Below are positions 41,505-55,649 of a stretch of 64,000 bases of DNA, piece by piece. The position numbers were made by a program, and so were the translations under genes. Position 1 is the first letter of the stretch, and every line of letters begins with the position of its first letter. The notes beneath the pieces are model-generated. The model did no database searches. It was given only the letters and a program-made list of their open reading frames with translations, and had not been told where the DNA came from. Source of the DNA: Eledone cirrhosa (taxonomy: Eukaryota); assembly GCA_964016885.1 (NCBI GenBank), contig OZ024740.1, positions 56,978,001 to 57,042,000 on the forward strand. The letters are read 5' to 3'.

Positions 41505-42345
41505 GTGGAGACTGGGGAAGATGAAATTCTGACCGAGATGTTAAAAGCCTTGTTGAACCTCAACAGAAAAGTCTATCTTACGTGTCTGACAAGGAAATTG
41601 TCAAATCCAAGATAGCTAATGAACAGTCTTTGAGAAATCGTGGCACTACTGCCAAGACTTTTATGTTTGCTTCGTAGACATTGAAAAGGCATACGACCGC
41701 GTTACACAGGGCCTGCTGTTGAAGGATCTGCTGGAGTATGGGATCAATTGACAGCTTCTCGTTACCCTAATATCTCTATACGAATGCCCAAATATTTGTG
41801 TTCGGATAAATGGTGCTAAATCGAATCCATCCAAGTTGGACTCTGTCAAGGGTGTGTACTGTCACCTCTCCGGTTCATTATTTTCATGAAAGGGTGGTGG
41901 GTTGGCAGTATCGGTAGATGGTCGGACCCCATGCTTTGCAGCAAAGAGTTACGGCCCTTTATGAGTTCATATCCCGCTGAGGTTAACTTTGCCTTTCATC
42001 CTTACGGGGTCGATAAAATAAAGTACCAGTTCTGAATAAAGTACGAGTTCTGAAAGGCAAGAGGCTGAATTAAGTGCAAGAATTGCAAGAGCTGGTGCAG
42101 CAATGTGCCAGCTTCAATATTCAGTTATCAGAAGAAGAAATGCAAGTATAAAAGCTACACTCACTATATTCAATTCGGTATTCGTGCCAGCCCTTAACTA
42201 TGGTCATGAATCTTGGATAATAGCCGCGAAAATACGATCGCGAATACAAGCGGCCGAAATGGGGTTGCTTCGGAGGGTGTTTGGCGTAACGTTACTCAAG
42301 AAGAAGAAGAAGAAGAAGAAGAAGAAGAAGAAGAAGAAGAAGGCT
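41505..42345 (+). pseudogene. RTE-like LINE RT fragments interrupted by a SINE (41891-42035) and ending in (AAG)n
   Basis: YVCFVDIEKAYDRV, GLCQGCVLSP, IFNSVFVPALNYGHESW, RIQAAEM. Confidence 0.8.
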
Positions 42346-42359
42346 TTGTTCCGCAGGAC

Positions 42360-43590
42360 TTCAAATATGCCTCCAACAAGCATCTTTACAAAACTAGAGG
42401 AAGTCTGACTGTTTGTTATAACCATCGTAACATTTCTTTTCTTTTCATAGCAGATATGATCTTAGCTAGATTCATTCGTAATCGAATAATTAAACATATC
42501 ATAGATGACATTTATCTTGACTCGCAATGCGGCTTTCGATTTAGCCTCGGTACCATAGATATCTCTTCGCCAAATGTCGAAAAAGTCACGGAATTAAGCC
42601 AGAAAGTGTATGCTGTATTCGTTGGCCTAAGGCCTTCAAAATGTGAAAAATGCTGTTTTATCGGATGGGAAATTTTCAGATTTTTTTGATGTCACAAACT
42701 GCACGAAAGAAGGTTGTGTTGTGTCATGGCTCCGGGTTTTTCTTTGCACTCTTCCTCTCTGTAAGACTGATATATGCCTGTGGTAATATTATCACAGGTG
42801 TGTGGATACAGTTTAACACAAACAGTAGACTTCTGAATCACCAGAGATTCCAAGCTAAACCTCTACTGACACCAAGCGTCATTCGTTATCTGTTGTTTTG
42901 CGGATGATACAGCCTTCGTTGCTACATTATTCGAAAAGGGTCAGAAACTCATAACTCGCTTCGGCTTACCGTCAGCATAAAGAAAATCGAAGCTGATCAC
43001 CACACCCCCACATCCGCAACCCCACACACCCAAGCAGAGAAGATGTATCAAACAGGAGTCACCAGTTTCCATCTAACCCTATTAACGCTGAAGAGAAGCA
43101 TCTCAAATATGTGAGGTCATTTACATACTTGGGCAGCAAATTGAACTCAAATGCATCCCTTGTTGACGAGATTGTCCATCGAATCACCAGTCTCAAGTGC
43201 ATTTGATAAATAAACTCCGTCATCGTCTCTGGAATAAGAAAGGCCTAAAGCTGGAAACCAAAATTAAAGTCTGAAAATCCATTTTTCTCACTCCCTCTCC
43301 CCTTTGTATAGATGTGTTCCACAATGGTTGCATTTTTAAATGCAAAATTAGAAGAACTAACACTTTCCTCAAGCAATCTTATTTACGATGGACGGCGATA
43401 TCATCTGATTACTGATTATCGAATACCTAATGTCTTCATGTAAAACCAGCTTCACAGTGGTAAAATGGAATATAGGAAGATCATGGCTCAGGTGTAAGAA
43501 CAATCTGAATACTAATCTTGAAGCTGTTGGCATACATTTTAAGACCTTTGAGCAGGTGGCCCTGGACTGAAAAGCGAGTTGTTATAGACG
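42360..43590 (+). pseudogene. Second decayed RTE-like LINE fragment
   Basis: NHRNISFL, SQCGFR..GTID, LFADD-like at ~42890-42908, FTYLGS at ~43120. Confidence 0.75.
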
Positions 43591-43624
43591 AGAACTACGG
43601 GAGAGTCTATCATATATATATATT

Positions 43625-45095
43625 AGAAAATGAGGTTTTTTTTACAAAATGAAAAAACATGAGATGTCTCACACGAGTGAAAGTATAAGGAAAAAAGAAG
43701 AAATGGAAAAAGCAACTGGAGTCTTTTTAAAAATATTTATTTGGTTCCTTTACCGGTTTCGCAGTTCTTGTGCTTTTCAAAAGTAGAATTAAGATGGAGG
43801 GTTTGTGGTTTTTCTCGCATCTGGTTGGTGTTCCAATGTTACTTCTGTTTTATATAGAAAAAAGTGGCTCGAAATGGTAGGTTTTGAGAGAAGTAATTTG
43901 GCTGGTTGATGACTGTCATGTGAAGAAGTATAATAAATTTCGCGCCAGTTCGCGTTAGAAAGTTCTTATTATATTTGCCTTTAAAAAAAGGGGGGGGGGG
44001 CTCAGATTGTTTTTCATATATGAGTGAAATTTGGTTGGTTGATGCAGTCACGTGAATAAGCACATCAACTTTCGCGCCAGTTTGTGCTTGAATTTCTTTT
44101 GACTTAAAAAAAAGGGGGCTCAAGAAGGTTTTTTTTTATAAATGTAATTTGATTGGTTATAAATGAAATTATGACTGTCACGTGAACAATTACATTAAAT
44201 TCCACGCCCGCATTTGGGAATTTTTTTGTAGCCATTTAGAGAATTTTGTGCCAAACAAAAGTTATGGTCAAGGAAAAAGGGTTGGGGAGAATTGTTCTGG
44301 CTCAGTGAGTATGGCTGGTGTGCTGGGGTATCAAAATTCAGACTTTCTATTGAAATAAAGAAAGTAGAGATATGTATATTTATTTGTGTGCTGGTGTGTG
44401 TGTAGGAAGATGATTCTATTAATAGAAATGGGAGAGGGAGTTGTGTGTATGTATGGGTGTTATATGTGTGTGTGGGAGTATGGTTAGCATGTTAAGATAG
44501 AGAGTATATATATATGATTGTGTGTGTGTGTGTAGGAAAATGATTCCGCCGGTAGAAATGGGGGAGGGAGTTATGGGTGTGTGGGGGTATAGTTAACATG
44601 TTATGGTGTTAGAGTATTAATGTATGTTAAGGTTTATTTAGCTCTGGTTTTTATTTTCGAATATAGGTGTTATGTGTGTATGTGTGTGTATGTATGTGTC
44701 TGTTTGGATGGTTAGCATCTTATGGTGTTGACACAATGTATAGTAAACTATATTTAATGCTGGTCTATATTTTTGAATAAACATATTTTGCTTATTTATG
44801 CGTATTTGTTCTGTTGTATTGTCAGCGCAAAGATAAAATGGGAGGACTTGGAATTTGGGTGTCTTATCACTTGCGCATATGTCTAGATGTGCACTGAGTG
44901 GTATCTGTCTTGTGGTAGTGTCTCGTAATTGTTGGCGATGAATTGTCATTCTGTTTCTCAGTGCGAGTTTAGTGTGCCTTATATAATCTTCATTACATCC
45001 TTTACATTTAATGGCATAAATTAAATATTTTGATGAGCAAGTGAAGTGATTTTTTACAATCAAATTTTGTCCTGATTGAAATATATACATGTTGC
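43625..45095 (-). mobile_element. Neptune-like PLE 3' fragment: GIY-YIG (44638-45090) + UTR + hammerhead 43745-43788(-)
   Basis: FTCSSKYLIYAIKC..C..DYI..T...LRNRMTIHRQQ..P.LN; CTT-TTGAAAA-GCA(CAAGAAC)TGC-GAAA-CCGG-TA-AAG. Confidence 0.85.
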
Positions 45096-45120
45096 CTTCG
45101 ATGAGGTGAGTGCAGGTTCC

Positions 45121-45178
<58 letters not shown>

Positions 45179-47072
45179 ATGTATTATGTCAGGTCGCTCT
45201 CGAGCGCTAATGTAACATGTAACCCAGTACAACATTTCGTTGGTCGGGTCGTCGGCAACTAAACTAGCAAACCCATCAAGCTAGCTTCGTGAAGAAGATT
45301 ATTTTTAGGACATCCTGCGGGAGGAAAAACAAAACCAGTCAAATGGTAGAAGAACTCATAAGCGTCAACTGCCATCCTAAATGTTTACTGGGAGAGAGAA
45401 AAACTAGTAGATAACCTGAAGATGAATCAGTTACTGGTCGTCTCAACCTATGTTGGGCCGCCATTGGCTTTTCCTGCTATATTTGTCCAAAAGGTGCGCG
45501 TGGTTCTGTGCAAGCCATGTTCACTATAATCAAATCACAGGACCTTCCCAGACCCTGAACGGATAGCAGACAACGTTTCTTTCAAAAGATCTACGGTGAT
45601 GGGGAAAGTTATGATACATACAGGCCTTACAAGCTGGAAGTACGTAGTAGCAAACCAATACGTAGGTGACTTGAAATATTGGTCGTTTTGTCTCCAAACA
45701 TAGGCAATGGTAAGACTCGGTAGCACTAATAAGTATGTATATATTAAGAAATGTGCTAGCAGCCGAAGTATACATACAGTGGGTAACATACACTTCACCA
45801 ATGTGTATATAAATATACACATATTTAATATGTGTATATAAATATACACATATTTAATATGTAGACATGTAAACATACCAGATATTACGAATTTTCATGT
45901 AAATGAAAAAAATTATAAACACCTTTTTACATATCTATATATTAAACATGTGTATATTTATATACACATTGGTGAAGTTTCGGTTGCCCACTCTGTATAT
46001 ATACATTATACTACACTACGTCTGCTAGCGCACTTCTTACTATATATCTTAAGTAATGACCATCAAACTTGTTAATTATATTAGTACGTCCATTTCAGAA
46101 AACTACTGAGAGCGAATGGATATATAAATCCAACAAATACGTCTTTCCTTGTGGTTGATTGGATGACATCCCGTCTTCTGCTGAGGGTCCTAAAATCAAT
46201 TAAAGGTGTTTATCATTTTTTTTTTTGGGGGGGGGGGGGGTATTTTCTGGCAGGTTTACATGCCTACATATTAAATATATGTATATTTATAAACACATTG
46301 GTACAGTTTCGAATACGTACTCTGTATTTATAAAGATATAACTTCATATATATATATATATAAGTTAAAACAATGAAATAAAAAATGTAGTCATTAGAAA
46401 TATACTTCACTGCTTTACGATCGTTTCTAGGTGATGATAATACATCGTAACTATATGGCTGCCCCCTCATTATCGAGTTGCACGATATAACATTATTAAT
46501 AGTTATCGATGAATACTATCGAGCAATGCCTGTGCGTGAAGACTTTTTTTTAATGAAGAAAGACTGTGCACTGAACCAATCCCACTCTCTGAGCGACAGT
46601 AGCTATAACCCGAAAAGAAGAAAAGATCAAGATCATCGGTAACTATGGAACCGCAGATTTTATGTCGGAGGATCCCAGTTTCCTGAGTTGCCTTCTCCCA
46701 GAAGAATGTCCTGACAAAGGCTAGGGTTCCTTCACTTCCAGTGATTTAACCACGCAATCGGCTATCCAGCCAGATTATTTCTATGTCCCCACGCATATAC
46801 ATACACATGCATACTTATATATACACACACACACACACACATACAACACACATACACACACACACACATACATACATACATACATATGATAGTTGGAAGA
46901 TCACTGATGAAGGACAAACTTTTTTCATATGTAACCCATTTGCAACTCCGCAGCGCCCTTATTATCATATATATATATATATATACGTAGGTCCCGGGTT
47001 GAGTCGGGGATAACCACAGTAAGTAAGGTACTCAATACATGGCAGAGTAAAAAAATTTTATTTTATAGAAGG

Positions 47073-47123
47073 AGCTTCTACAGGACTAGTACTGTTTCAT
47101 TCAGATGAAATCTTCAGGAAGCT
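47073..47123 (-). ncRNA. Type I hammerhead, family I; relatives 24188-24234(-), 24241-24288(+, decayed), 59474-59518(-), 59524-59566(+)
   Basis: AGCTTC-CTGAAGA-TTTCA(TC)TGAAT-GAAA-CAG(TACTAGTC)CTG-TA-GAAGCT: 6-bp stem I, GUA site. Confidence 0.82.
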
Positions 47124-47689
47124 GGGTGTCATATTAAGTTCTGGTATTTATACATTTAGGTAGTGGTAAGGGAGGGGTGGTGGCGGGGGGGGGGGGTAGG
47201 ATGGTATTTAGATACACAGGACCACAACATGGCACAGGCCATTTTTTCTTTGGGGAGTGGTCAATTAGCCAGAGTGCTTTTTTGAAATAAACAAATAAGT
47301 AAATAAATAAATAAATAAATAAATGAATAAATAGATAAATGAATAAATAAATAAATAAAATAAATAGAAAAAATAAATAAATAAAAACCCCATTATAGAT
47401 ATATAGTAGGGAAATTTTTTTTTTAGGTGGGTTGGTAATAGAAGATAAACAAGACCGAATCATGGCACAGACTGAGGTGAGTGGTCAAGTTAACATACAA
47501 GCCACAGGTGGCCAGAGTGTTTTTGTAGAATGGAAAGAATAAAATATATTTACATACTCACAACCACATACATAAACACTTACACACAGAAACAGTACTA
47601 GTCCTGTAGAAGCTCCTTCTATAAAATAAAATAAAAATATATATATATATATACACATGCATACATGTATATACATATTTCCTTATTTT

Positions 47690-47866
47690 TGATGGTCGTT
47701 GACTCTTATGAGTTCTTCCGGTTTTGTTTTTTGTCCTGCGGGGTGTCCAAAATTACCCTCCTCACCAAGTAGACCTGGTGGGGTTGCCGGTTTAATCGCC
47801 GACGACCCGACCATGCGACAGGTTGTACTGGGTAACATGTTACCAGTAGCTCTCAAGAGTGACATC
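47690..47866 (-). repeat. Dispersed repeat with a diverged opposite-strand homologue at ~45190-45365; probably a LINE UTR or SINE
   Basis: Shared GTAACATGT.ACCCAGTACAAC...GGTCGGGTCGTCGGC.A.TAAAC blocks. Confidence 0.5.
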
Positions 47867-48014
47867 ACACATACATACATACATACATCCATCCATACAT
47901 CCATCCATCCATCCATACATACATACACACATACAAACATACATACATACATACATACATACATACATACATACATACATACATACATACATACATACAT
48001 ACATACATACATAC

Positions 48015-50785
48015 ATGCGAACTTAATGATGATTTATTCAATTGTTATAAAATGGCAGAAAAAAATCCCCCGCTGGCTATATGAACAGAATGAAGCTACA
48101 CTGGGACGAAATACATCCAGAGCTAAATCCCTTCACAGCAAAACAATTACGCCAACAAGCGACGTTTGTTGAACGTAAAAATAAGATAAATATTATTAAT
48201 TGTAAGTCCCCCACAACAAACATGGAATCAACAACACGCGCTACAGGTCGCCATGCTACTAGACTTCCTAGCAGCCAGGCCGAACAGTGCCTTGAAACAA
48301 CTATGCCCATAAGAAATATGACACCCCCTGTACCATCTAAATCTACCTCGAATGCTGGGGAAAACACTATCGATAATAATAATCAAAAGTATAAACAATT
48401 GAAATTTTGCCTCAACGAATTCTTACAGAGAGAAATTAATTCATGTATAAACATTTCTCTTGCTGAACGTAATAAAACAACAATACTAAATGAAATAAAC
48501 CAAATAATTGTTTCTACTTTAGGCACAAGGCCAGCAATTATCCCAGTGTATTACTTGTACTTTATTTTATCGACCCCGTAAGGATGAAAGGCAAAGTTAA
48601 CCTCGGTGGGATTTGAACTCAGACCGTAAAGGGCCGTAACTCTTAAACTCTTAAACCAAATAATGAAATCGTACGTGCTATTGACGAAATAGAGGATGAA
48701 TCTTTACGACGGATTAAATCCCCCACATTTTGGCAAGTCAACGCCTGTTTATATGCCCTAGCAACGACAGTGAAGCATTATCTTGGTGATAGCAGAGATA
48801 TTAACAAGAACAAAACACAACCAAAAATACCATCATATAAAATAAAAAAAAAGGTTGCTGACCTACGAAAAACTATAGGATATGTGACAATGCTCCTTAC
48901 ATGCAAACAAAAAACAAAAAAATCTTCACTCCTCACCAAAAAAGAGTGAAAAATAAATAGAAACGATGTTAGGTAACAGTAGAACCAGAACTCTTCAATG
49001 TAAGCTGATCACCCTCAAACAAGAATTGAGAGCTGTCAGCGAGAAACGTCGATACCAGAAGGTAGATGAAAGAAAAGTACTTAATAAAAGATTCAGATGA
49101 AAACAAACATCAGTCTATAGAGATATGAAGGGCAATGTAATAAATGTCACTGAAGCCCCATCTCCAAAAGACAGATTCCTTCTGGAGAAAATATGGGGCG
49201 AAAAGAAGAATTTTAATCAAGATGCAGTGTGGCTAAAAGAAATCCAAAAGAACTATTGCTCCTACACTACAACAAAAACATACGAAATAAATGAGGATAC
49301 CCTTGAGACTGTGATAGGAAAGCTCTAAGATAAGAAAATACCAGGAAGAGACATGATTGTCGGCAACTGGTACAAAAAACTGATATTCTATCGGATGAAT
49401 CTTATCGACCTCTACCAACAAGTTCTCAAGGGAGATACACATATACTAGAATGGTTTACCATAGCACAAACAATACTGGTCCCCAAGAACAAAGACACCC
49501 ACTTTGCAAAAAGCTACCGACGCATTGCATGCCAGAACCTGATGTATAAGATGTATACAGCATGCCTGAACCTATTTCTCAAATAACACTATGGAAATAA
49601 TTGTTTCGACTTTTGGCACAAGGCCAGCAACTATCCAGTGCATTACTGGTACTTTATTTTATCGACCCCGTAACGATGAAAGGCAAAGTTAACCTCGGCG
49701 GGATTTGAACTCAGAAGGTAAAGGTGTCATAACTCTATGCTGCAAAGCATGGTGTTTAACGCTCTACCAATACTGCCAATACTGTGAAAATAATATCATC
49801 ACAGATGACGAAGCAGCTGGAAAGAAAGGTACCTGGGTGTTGCTGAACAACTCCTAATCAACAAAACTGCGATGTGGGAGGTGCAACAACTTAGGAGCAA
49901 TATGGCTACTGTCTGGCTGGATTACAGGAAAGTTATTGATTCTGTTTCCCAGTCTTTGATGATAAAGGCCCTCCGACTTGCTAAAGTCCCAGAAATTGTT
50001 ATCAGAGCCATATAGAAGCTGTCTTGTTCTTAAAGTTAAAAACAGCGAAGGAGGTATATTTCAAGTCATTAAACCCCTTATCTTTTCTGCTCAAGAAATG
50101 TGAAGGATACATCATTGGTTCACAGGAGGACAGAAATACGAAATTAAACTGAAATTTCTTTGTGGATGACCTGAAACTCTATGCCAAGAACATAGATGGG
50201 ATGAAGAAAAATCTTGACCTGGTTACAACATTCTCAAAGGATATAGGAATGGAGTTTGACCAAGATAAATGTTCATATATGACGACCCAATCTAGCAACA
50301 TTTTTATCTATAGCCAAACTGTTTCACTGATATCTGACGAGGACTGCTACAGATACCTGGGGATAGATGAGAATATATCCTATAATGGTATTTGTAACAA
50401 GGAACGCGTAACCAAGGAATATTACACCCGATTAAGAAAAATAAGGTCATCGGAACTCTCTGCGCACAATAAAATAATAGCTCACAATGTGTTTGCTGTG
50501 CCTGTCCTAACACCAACATTTGGAATACTCGATTGGACGAAATCTGAGCAATTGATGTTAAAACTCGAAAAATTCGAAACAACACCGGAAACTTCCACAT
50601 CAAATGACATATACCACCTCTACTTCAAACGTAAGCAGAGAGGCAGAGGCCTAACACCAGTCCAGACATCATTTGAGTGTCGCATCATATCCCTCCTACA
50701 ACATTTACGAACCTCAAAACATAGGAGCCCATCTATTGAGCAAGTCTATCTGCATGAGACAGATAAGATCATGAGAGTTGGGAAG
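48015..50785 (+). pseudogene. R4/Dong-like non-LTR retrotransposon (N-terminus + RT), decayed, with SINE insertions at ~48505-48645 and ~49597-49780
   Basis: WDEIHPE..KQLRQQA, PG.D.I..WYKKL, TILVPK..SYR.IAC, WLDYRK..DSV, FVDDLKLY, GMEF..DKC, YRYLG, LY..R...GRGL. Confidence 0.8.
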
Positions 50786-50789
50786 GAAT

Positions 50790-51345
50790 CTGCCAGCCAC
50801 ACCAATGTCGCTGCGGTTCCACCATGGACTCTTTCGGCCTCCACCCGCTTTCCTGTCGCCACAGTGCCGGCCGCATTCCACGCCATACTGCCATCAACGA
50901 GGTCATTAAGCATGGCTTGGACGCTGCAAGATTCCCTTCCCAGCTCGAGCCGGTGGAGCTGGATCGAGGGGACGGCAAAAGGCCAGATGGCATGACCATC
51001 TTCCCGTTCCGCGGTGGCAAACCCTTCGTCTGGGATGCCACTTGCACCGACACTTTCTGCAGCCGCAACCTGGTACAGTCTGCGACTGACCCAGGTTCTG
51101 CTGCACGTCGGGCTGAGGGGCCAAACTCCTCAAATACCGGTCGCTCTCCGACAGGTTTGCGGTCGTTCCCCTGGCAGTGGAAACTTCTGGTATCCTCGGC
51201 CCCAGGGCTACCTCCTTACTCACTCCCATAGGCGCTGAGCTGGCCAGCCGCAGGTGTGAGCCCCGCGAGTTGGAGTGGCTTTTCCAGCGCGTCTCCCTTG
51301 CCGTCCTCCGGGGAAACGCCTTCTCCATTCTGTCCGCCGGGGCTG
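50790..51345 (+). pseudogene. GC-rich CRE-like restriction-like endonuclease (RLE) C-terminal fragment
   Basis: D..GLH.LSC......RH..IN, EP..L...DGKRPDG.T..P...G....WDATC.DT, then after a frameshift ETSG.LGP, WLFQRVSLAVLRGNA. Confidence 0.8.
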
Positions 51346-51389
51346 TGGGTGGGCCCCATCGCGTACCAATACATTACTTAAATACCATT

Positions 51390-52290
51390 CTTTCATACGT
51401 CATGGTGTGGAGCGATGAGAAAAATTACACGCAAAGACAAAACCACGTTTATGGTATAACTGAAGTCGAAGACTAAAATTCTATTTAGGAAACCGAATGA
51501 TTATCGGCTTCAGAGTTAAGAATAATGAAAATAAATTACAGAGGTAATTGAAATCAACAAAAATATAAACATGCACGCATCCATATACGTACATACACAT
51601 GTATACGCGAAAACATCCGCCATGGGTATGCAAATACGAGCATGTACACAAAAATACGCATGCACATACAGTTTTGCGTCTGTGTGAGTATGCGGGTTCG
51701 CACGTATGTAGGGTGTGTGTATATGTGTACTTTGTGTTTTGGTTGCCGTACGTTTAGCGAACATATGTGTATTTACATGTTGGTATGTGTGCGTGTGCGC
51801 GTTATATACGTATTTATGTGTGTATATTTATATATGTTTATATAATTATATGTATACACGCACACACACACACACACATATATATACATTTTTTTAATAT
51901 ATATTTTTATGCGTATTTGGTGTATACGTTCGTATGTGTGCGGGTACAGGCGTTGCGTGGGTTCTGTATGTGCGGGCGTGTTTTTGTGTACGTGCTCGTA
52001 TTTGCATACCCATGGCGGGTGTTTTCGCGTGTGCATGTATATGTACGTATATGGATGCGTGCGTGTTTATATTTTTGTTGATTTCAATTACCTCTGTAAT
52101 TTATTCTATACCATAAACGTGGTTTTGTCTTTGCGTGTATTTGTTCTCAACGCTCCACACCATGACGTATTATCTTCGTTTTTTCCGTTCATTACCAGAG
52201 AACGTCTCCACAAACCACCTAATAGAATATTAGTCTACGACTTCATTCATACCATAAACGTGGTTTTGTCTTTGCGTGTAATTGTTTTCT
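51390..52290. repeat. Rearranged foldback repeat (51395-51460 and 51530-51650 inverted at ~51985-52170)
   Basis: ACGCAAAGACAAAACCACGTTTATGGTATA and CGCCATGGGTATGCAAATACGAGCA occur in both orientations. Confidence 0.7.
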
Positions 52291-52521
52291 CTGCTCCAAA
52301 TAATTGTTTCTACTTTAGGCACAAGGCCAGCAAATTACCCAGTGCATTACTGGTACTTTATTTTATCGACCCCGTAAGGATGAAAGGCAAAGTATTATCT
52401 TCGTTTTTTTCTGTTCTTTACCAGGGAACGTTTCCACGAACCAAAGTATCGTCTTCCTGTCTTCCTCCGGTTGCAACGTTTTTCGAAATATTTACTTCTG
52501 CGTTCACAGATTGATTTTTTT

Positions 52522-52572
52522 AGTTTCAGAAGATCCCGTTAAGGGTGAAAGCAGCGATTCTTTCCTTAAACT
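52522..52572 (+). ncRNA. Hammerhead-like motif family N (CAGAAGA core); second copy 55154-55204(-)
   Basis: AGTTT-CAGAAGA-TCCC(GTTAA)GGGT-GAAA-GCA(GCGATTCTT)T[G/C]C-TT-AAACT; stem I is perfect in one copy, stem III in the other. Confidence 0.58.
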
Positions 52573-52679
52573 TTAATCTGTTATTTTAATAAATATTTGT
52601 TGTACGGTTCTTATATATTTGATATATATTTATCCTTATCGAGCCCTCTTTGGATTTTAGTCTTCAATTTTATTATTAT

Positions 52680-52772
<93 letters not shown>

Positions 52773-52911
52773 AGAGAGAGAAAGAGAGAAAGGGAGAGAG
52801 AGGTTGGGATCGTGGGATAGTTGTAGTGGTGGTGGAGTTGGTGGTAGTGCAGCAGCTTAATATAACTTTACAGTGGAAGTATCAGGGAGCGAGTCAGACA
52901 GGCAGATTCAA

Positions 52912-52952
<41 letters not shown>

Positions 52953-53782
52953 AAGAAATATATCAAGCACTCATACTGTGATATACATTATTTTATAGCT
53001 TTTTACAATAATCAGAGAAACATGCCTGGGAGCAGTTCGCGTCATTTTTTTTTTGTCTTTCAAAGCCTCTATTCACTGTTCATTTAGCAATATTACTTTA
53101 CTTCATTCTATGACATAGAATGATAGTCGTAGACCCGACTGCTTCAATCCATATATCCCGTCAAACAACTTTTCCAACAGTATATTCTTACTAATACACA
53201 TATGCATACACATGAATATATATGGGGTCAGACGTGTATTTTCGTTCCCCACACGCTCTTGAACTTAAGTTCTGCTATCGCTGTGGTCTTGGATTTTCTT
53301 ACCTTAAGTTGCTCGCACATTGCTCGGTTTGTTGTTTTCTCTTTTCTTCCCTTTCCCTTTCTATTTCCCCTCTCTCCTCCGTTTTCCCAATAACTTACCC
53401 AGTTATTGTACGCTTGGGGGTAGATATCTTGTCTTTAAAGCGTTGAAATATCCGAGATCCCCAGTAGACAACTGATGAGGAAAACTCCCCCTCCCTCGTT
53501 CTTGCTTTCTTCTTATCTCATTCCATTTTAAGCTATCTTAACTAGCAACTACACAGCCAATCCTATTCTCCAGATATTTTATCACTAGCTGAGGTACCTA
53601 GCTTCGCCAAGGTTTAATAAATGATAAGAAAAGACCGGCAGAAGAGAAAACGTCTGTATTGAATGCATTGTCTTGTTTACAGTGTGTGTGTATTGTGTGT
53701 GTGTGTATATTTGTGTGTGTTTGTGTATATATATATATATGTGTCTGTGTGAGTGTTTGTGTATCTGTGTGTATATATATAC

Positions 53783-53814
<32 letters not shown>

Positions 53815-54788
53815 GTGTGTGTGTGTATGTGCCTGTGTGAGTGTTCGTGTATGTGTGCGTGTGCGTGTGTGTGCGTGTGTGTGTAAACCACCGTTGGAAT
53901 TGGAGACATAGGCCGCGAAACACGATCATCACTGACAACGAACTCGCAGAGAGAATCCTTAATGGTTGATTCCCAGCCTGCTAGAAATAGCAGTCAGGTT
54001 GGTTAGCATACGTGATATGTCTTTCTTCTTCTTTGGTGTTATAAAATTAGTATCAATAAACTTTCCTGGATATACTCTTATCCCAACCCTGTACATACTT
54101 TCTGATTGTCACTTTTCGTTTTTTTTTTGTGTGATACGCGAAGGAACCAACCAACAAACATCTCTCTTTTATATTATGTATAGGTTACTATATCTCTTTT
54201 ATTTGTTCATTCAAAATATTTTTCAGCTAATTCTGTCGTACAATATACATCAGCAATCGTTATCTAATGTTTAAAACATATGAATAGCTGCGATATGTGC
54301 ACCATATCAATCAAAAACGATATGAGAATTGAATACCATACTAAAGCGCCAGTAAGCTTGCTAAGAACCTGCAGATAGAAATGTTAATAAATACAACATT
54401 TGGCTTGGGTAAACTTTAAGATGTTGTTTCATTATAGGTTTCTTTTCTCCTTCTCTCCTTCCTCTTCCTTCTTTACCCCCCCCCCCTATATATTTATACG
54501 GCTAGGCTTACCGCCATTTTATCTTTTCAGGAATCCCCCCTCCACTTCAGTGCAAAGATACCGCACGCCTTCTCAAGTCAGCGATGGTGGTGGTGGTGGT
54601 GGGGGGGATTAACGTGCTCTGATGTTGGGTTTGAATAGTTTTTAGGATTCCCCAGTTCAGCACCCAGTACGTTAAAGAAAATTGATAGTTACAACAATAA
54701 AAGTTGAATAGAAAACAAATTTTTTAACAAACTTTACAATAATTTGTACAACCATAATGGAAATTCCAAGTAACAGAAAATACATAAA

Positions 54789-54975
54789 TTACATTGTTAG
54801 AGCTTCAGAGTATACAATACTTTTTGTTCGGCCCTCGGGAGCAAATATGAAGAGATTGTTTGGCGAGCTCAACCTAGAGCATCCTACATACAATTGACCA
54901 TGGTTTTCCCAGATGAAGGCCAGCCACCTTTAGGGTTTGACCCTGAGCTTTGTTGATGGTAATCGCGAAGCTTAG
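54789..54975 (-). pseudogene. Helitron-type PIF1 helicase C-terminal remnant
   Basis: SFAITINKAQGQTLKVAGLHL ... HGQLYVGCSRLSSPNNLFIFAPEGRTKSIVYSEAL; not shown in the ORF-track frames. Confidence 0.88.
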
Positions 54976-55517
54976 TCTCTCTGTTGCTCTGGTAACATTT
55001 TTTCTTCTGGAAAATCTGATCTTGCGGCCAGGCTAGGACTTTTTGGGTGGCATATCGGCAGTAACAAGGATGATAAGCCGTCTGTGCGTTCGTGAAATAA
55101 ATACGTTTGTTTATATTTTGTTTTTGTGTATGCAAAAATATATGTACACGAAAAGTTTAAGCAAAGAATCGCTGCTTTCACCTTTAACGGGATCTTCTGA
55201 ATCTAAAAATATCAATCTGTGAACGCAGAAGTAAATATTTCGAAAAACGTTGCAACCGAAAGAAAACAGGAAGATGATATTTGGGTTCGTGAAGACGTGA
55301 GGAATGTCCTATAACATTTGAAAATTTTAAAGAAGTGAATATTTAAATAATGTCTTCAATCTTTTAACAAAATTCAGTAGACGAAAATACCGTCACTTGT
55401 TACTTGGAAAAAGTTTCATCTATGGTGCAAATTTCGTGCTGTTTAGTCCAGCCGTTTGGCAGAAAGTTTGTTACCTACATACGGCCGTCAGCTTTATAGT
55501 ATAGATTCCATTTTAAG

Positions 55518-55562
<45 letters not shown>

Positions 55563-55649
55563 TATAAATATATTTATATATTCATGTGTGTGCACAAGTG
55601 TATTAGTAAGTGTATACTGTTGGAAAAGTTGTATGTATTAATAATAATA

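Noticed and set aside
46895-46960. CTGATGA motifs here, at 24678(-) and at 53473
   Set aside because: No correctly placed GAAA or stem III downstream.
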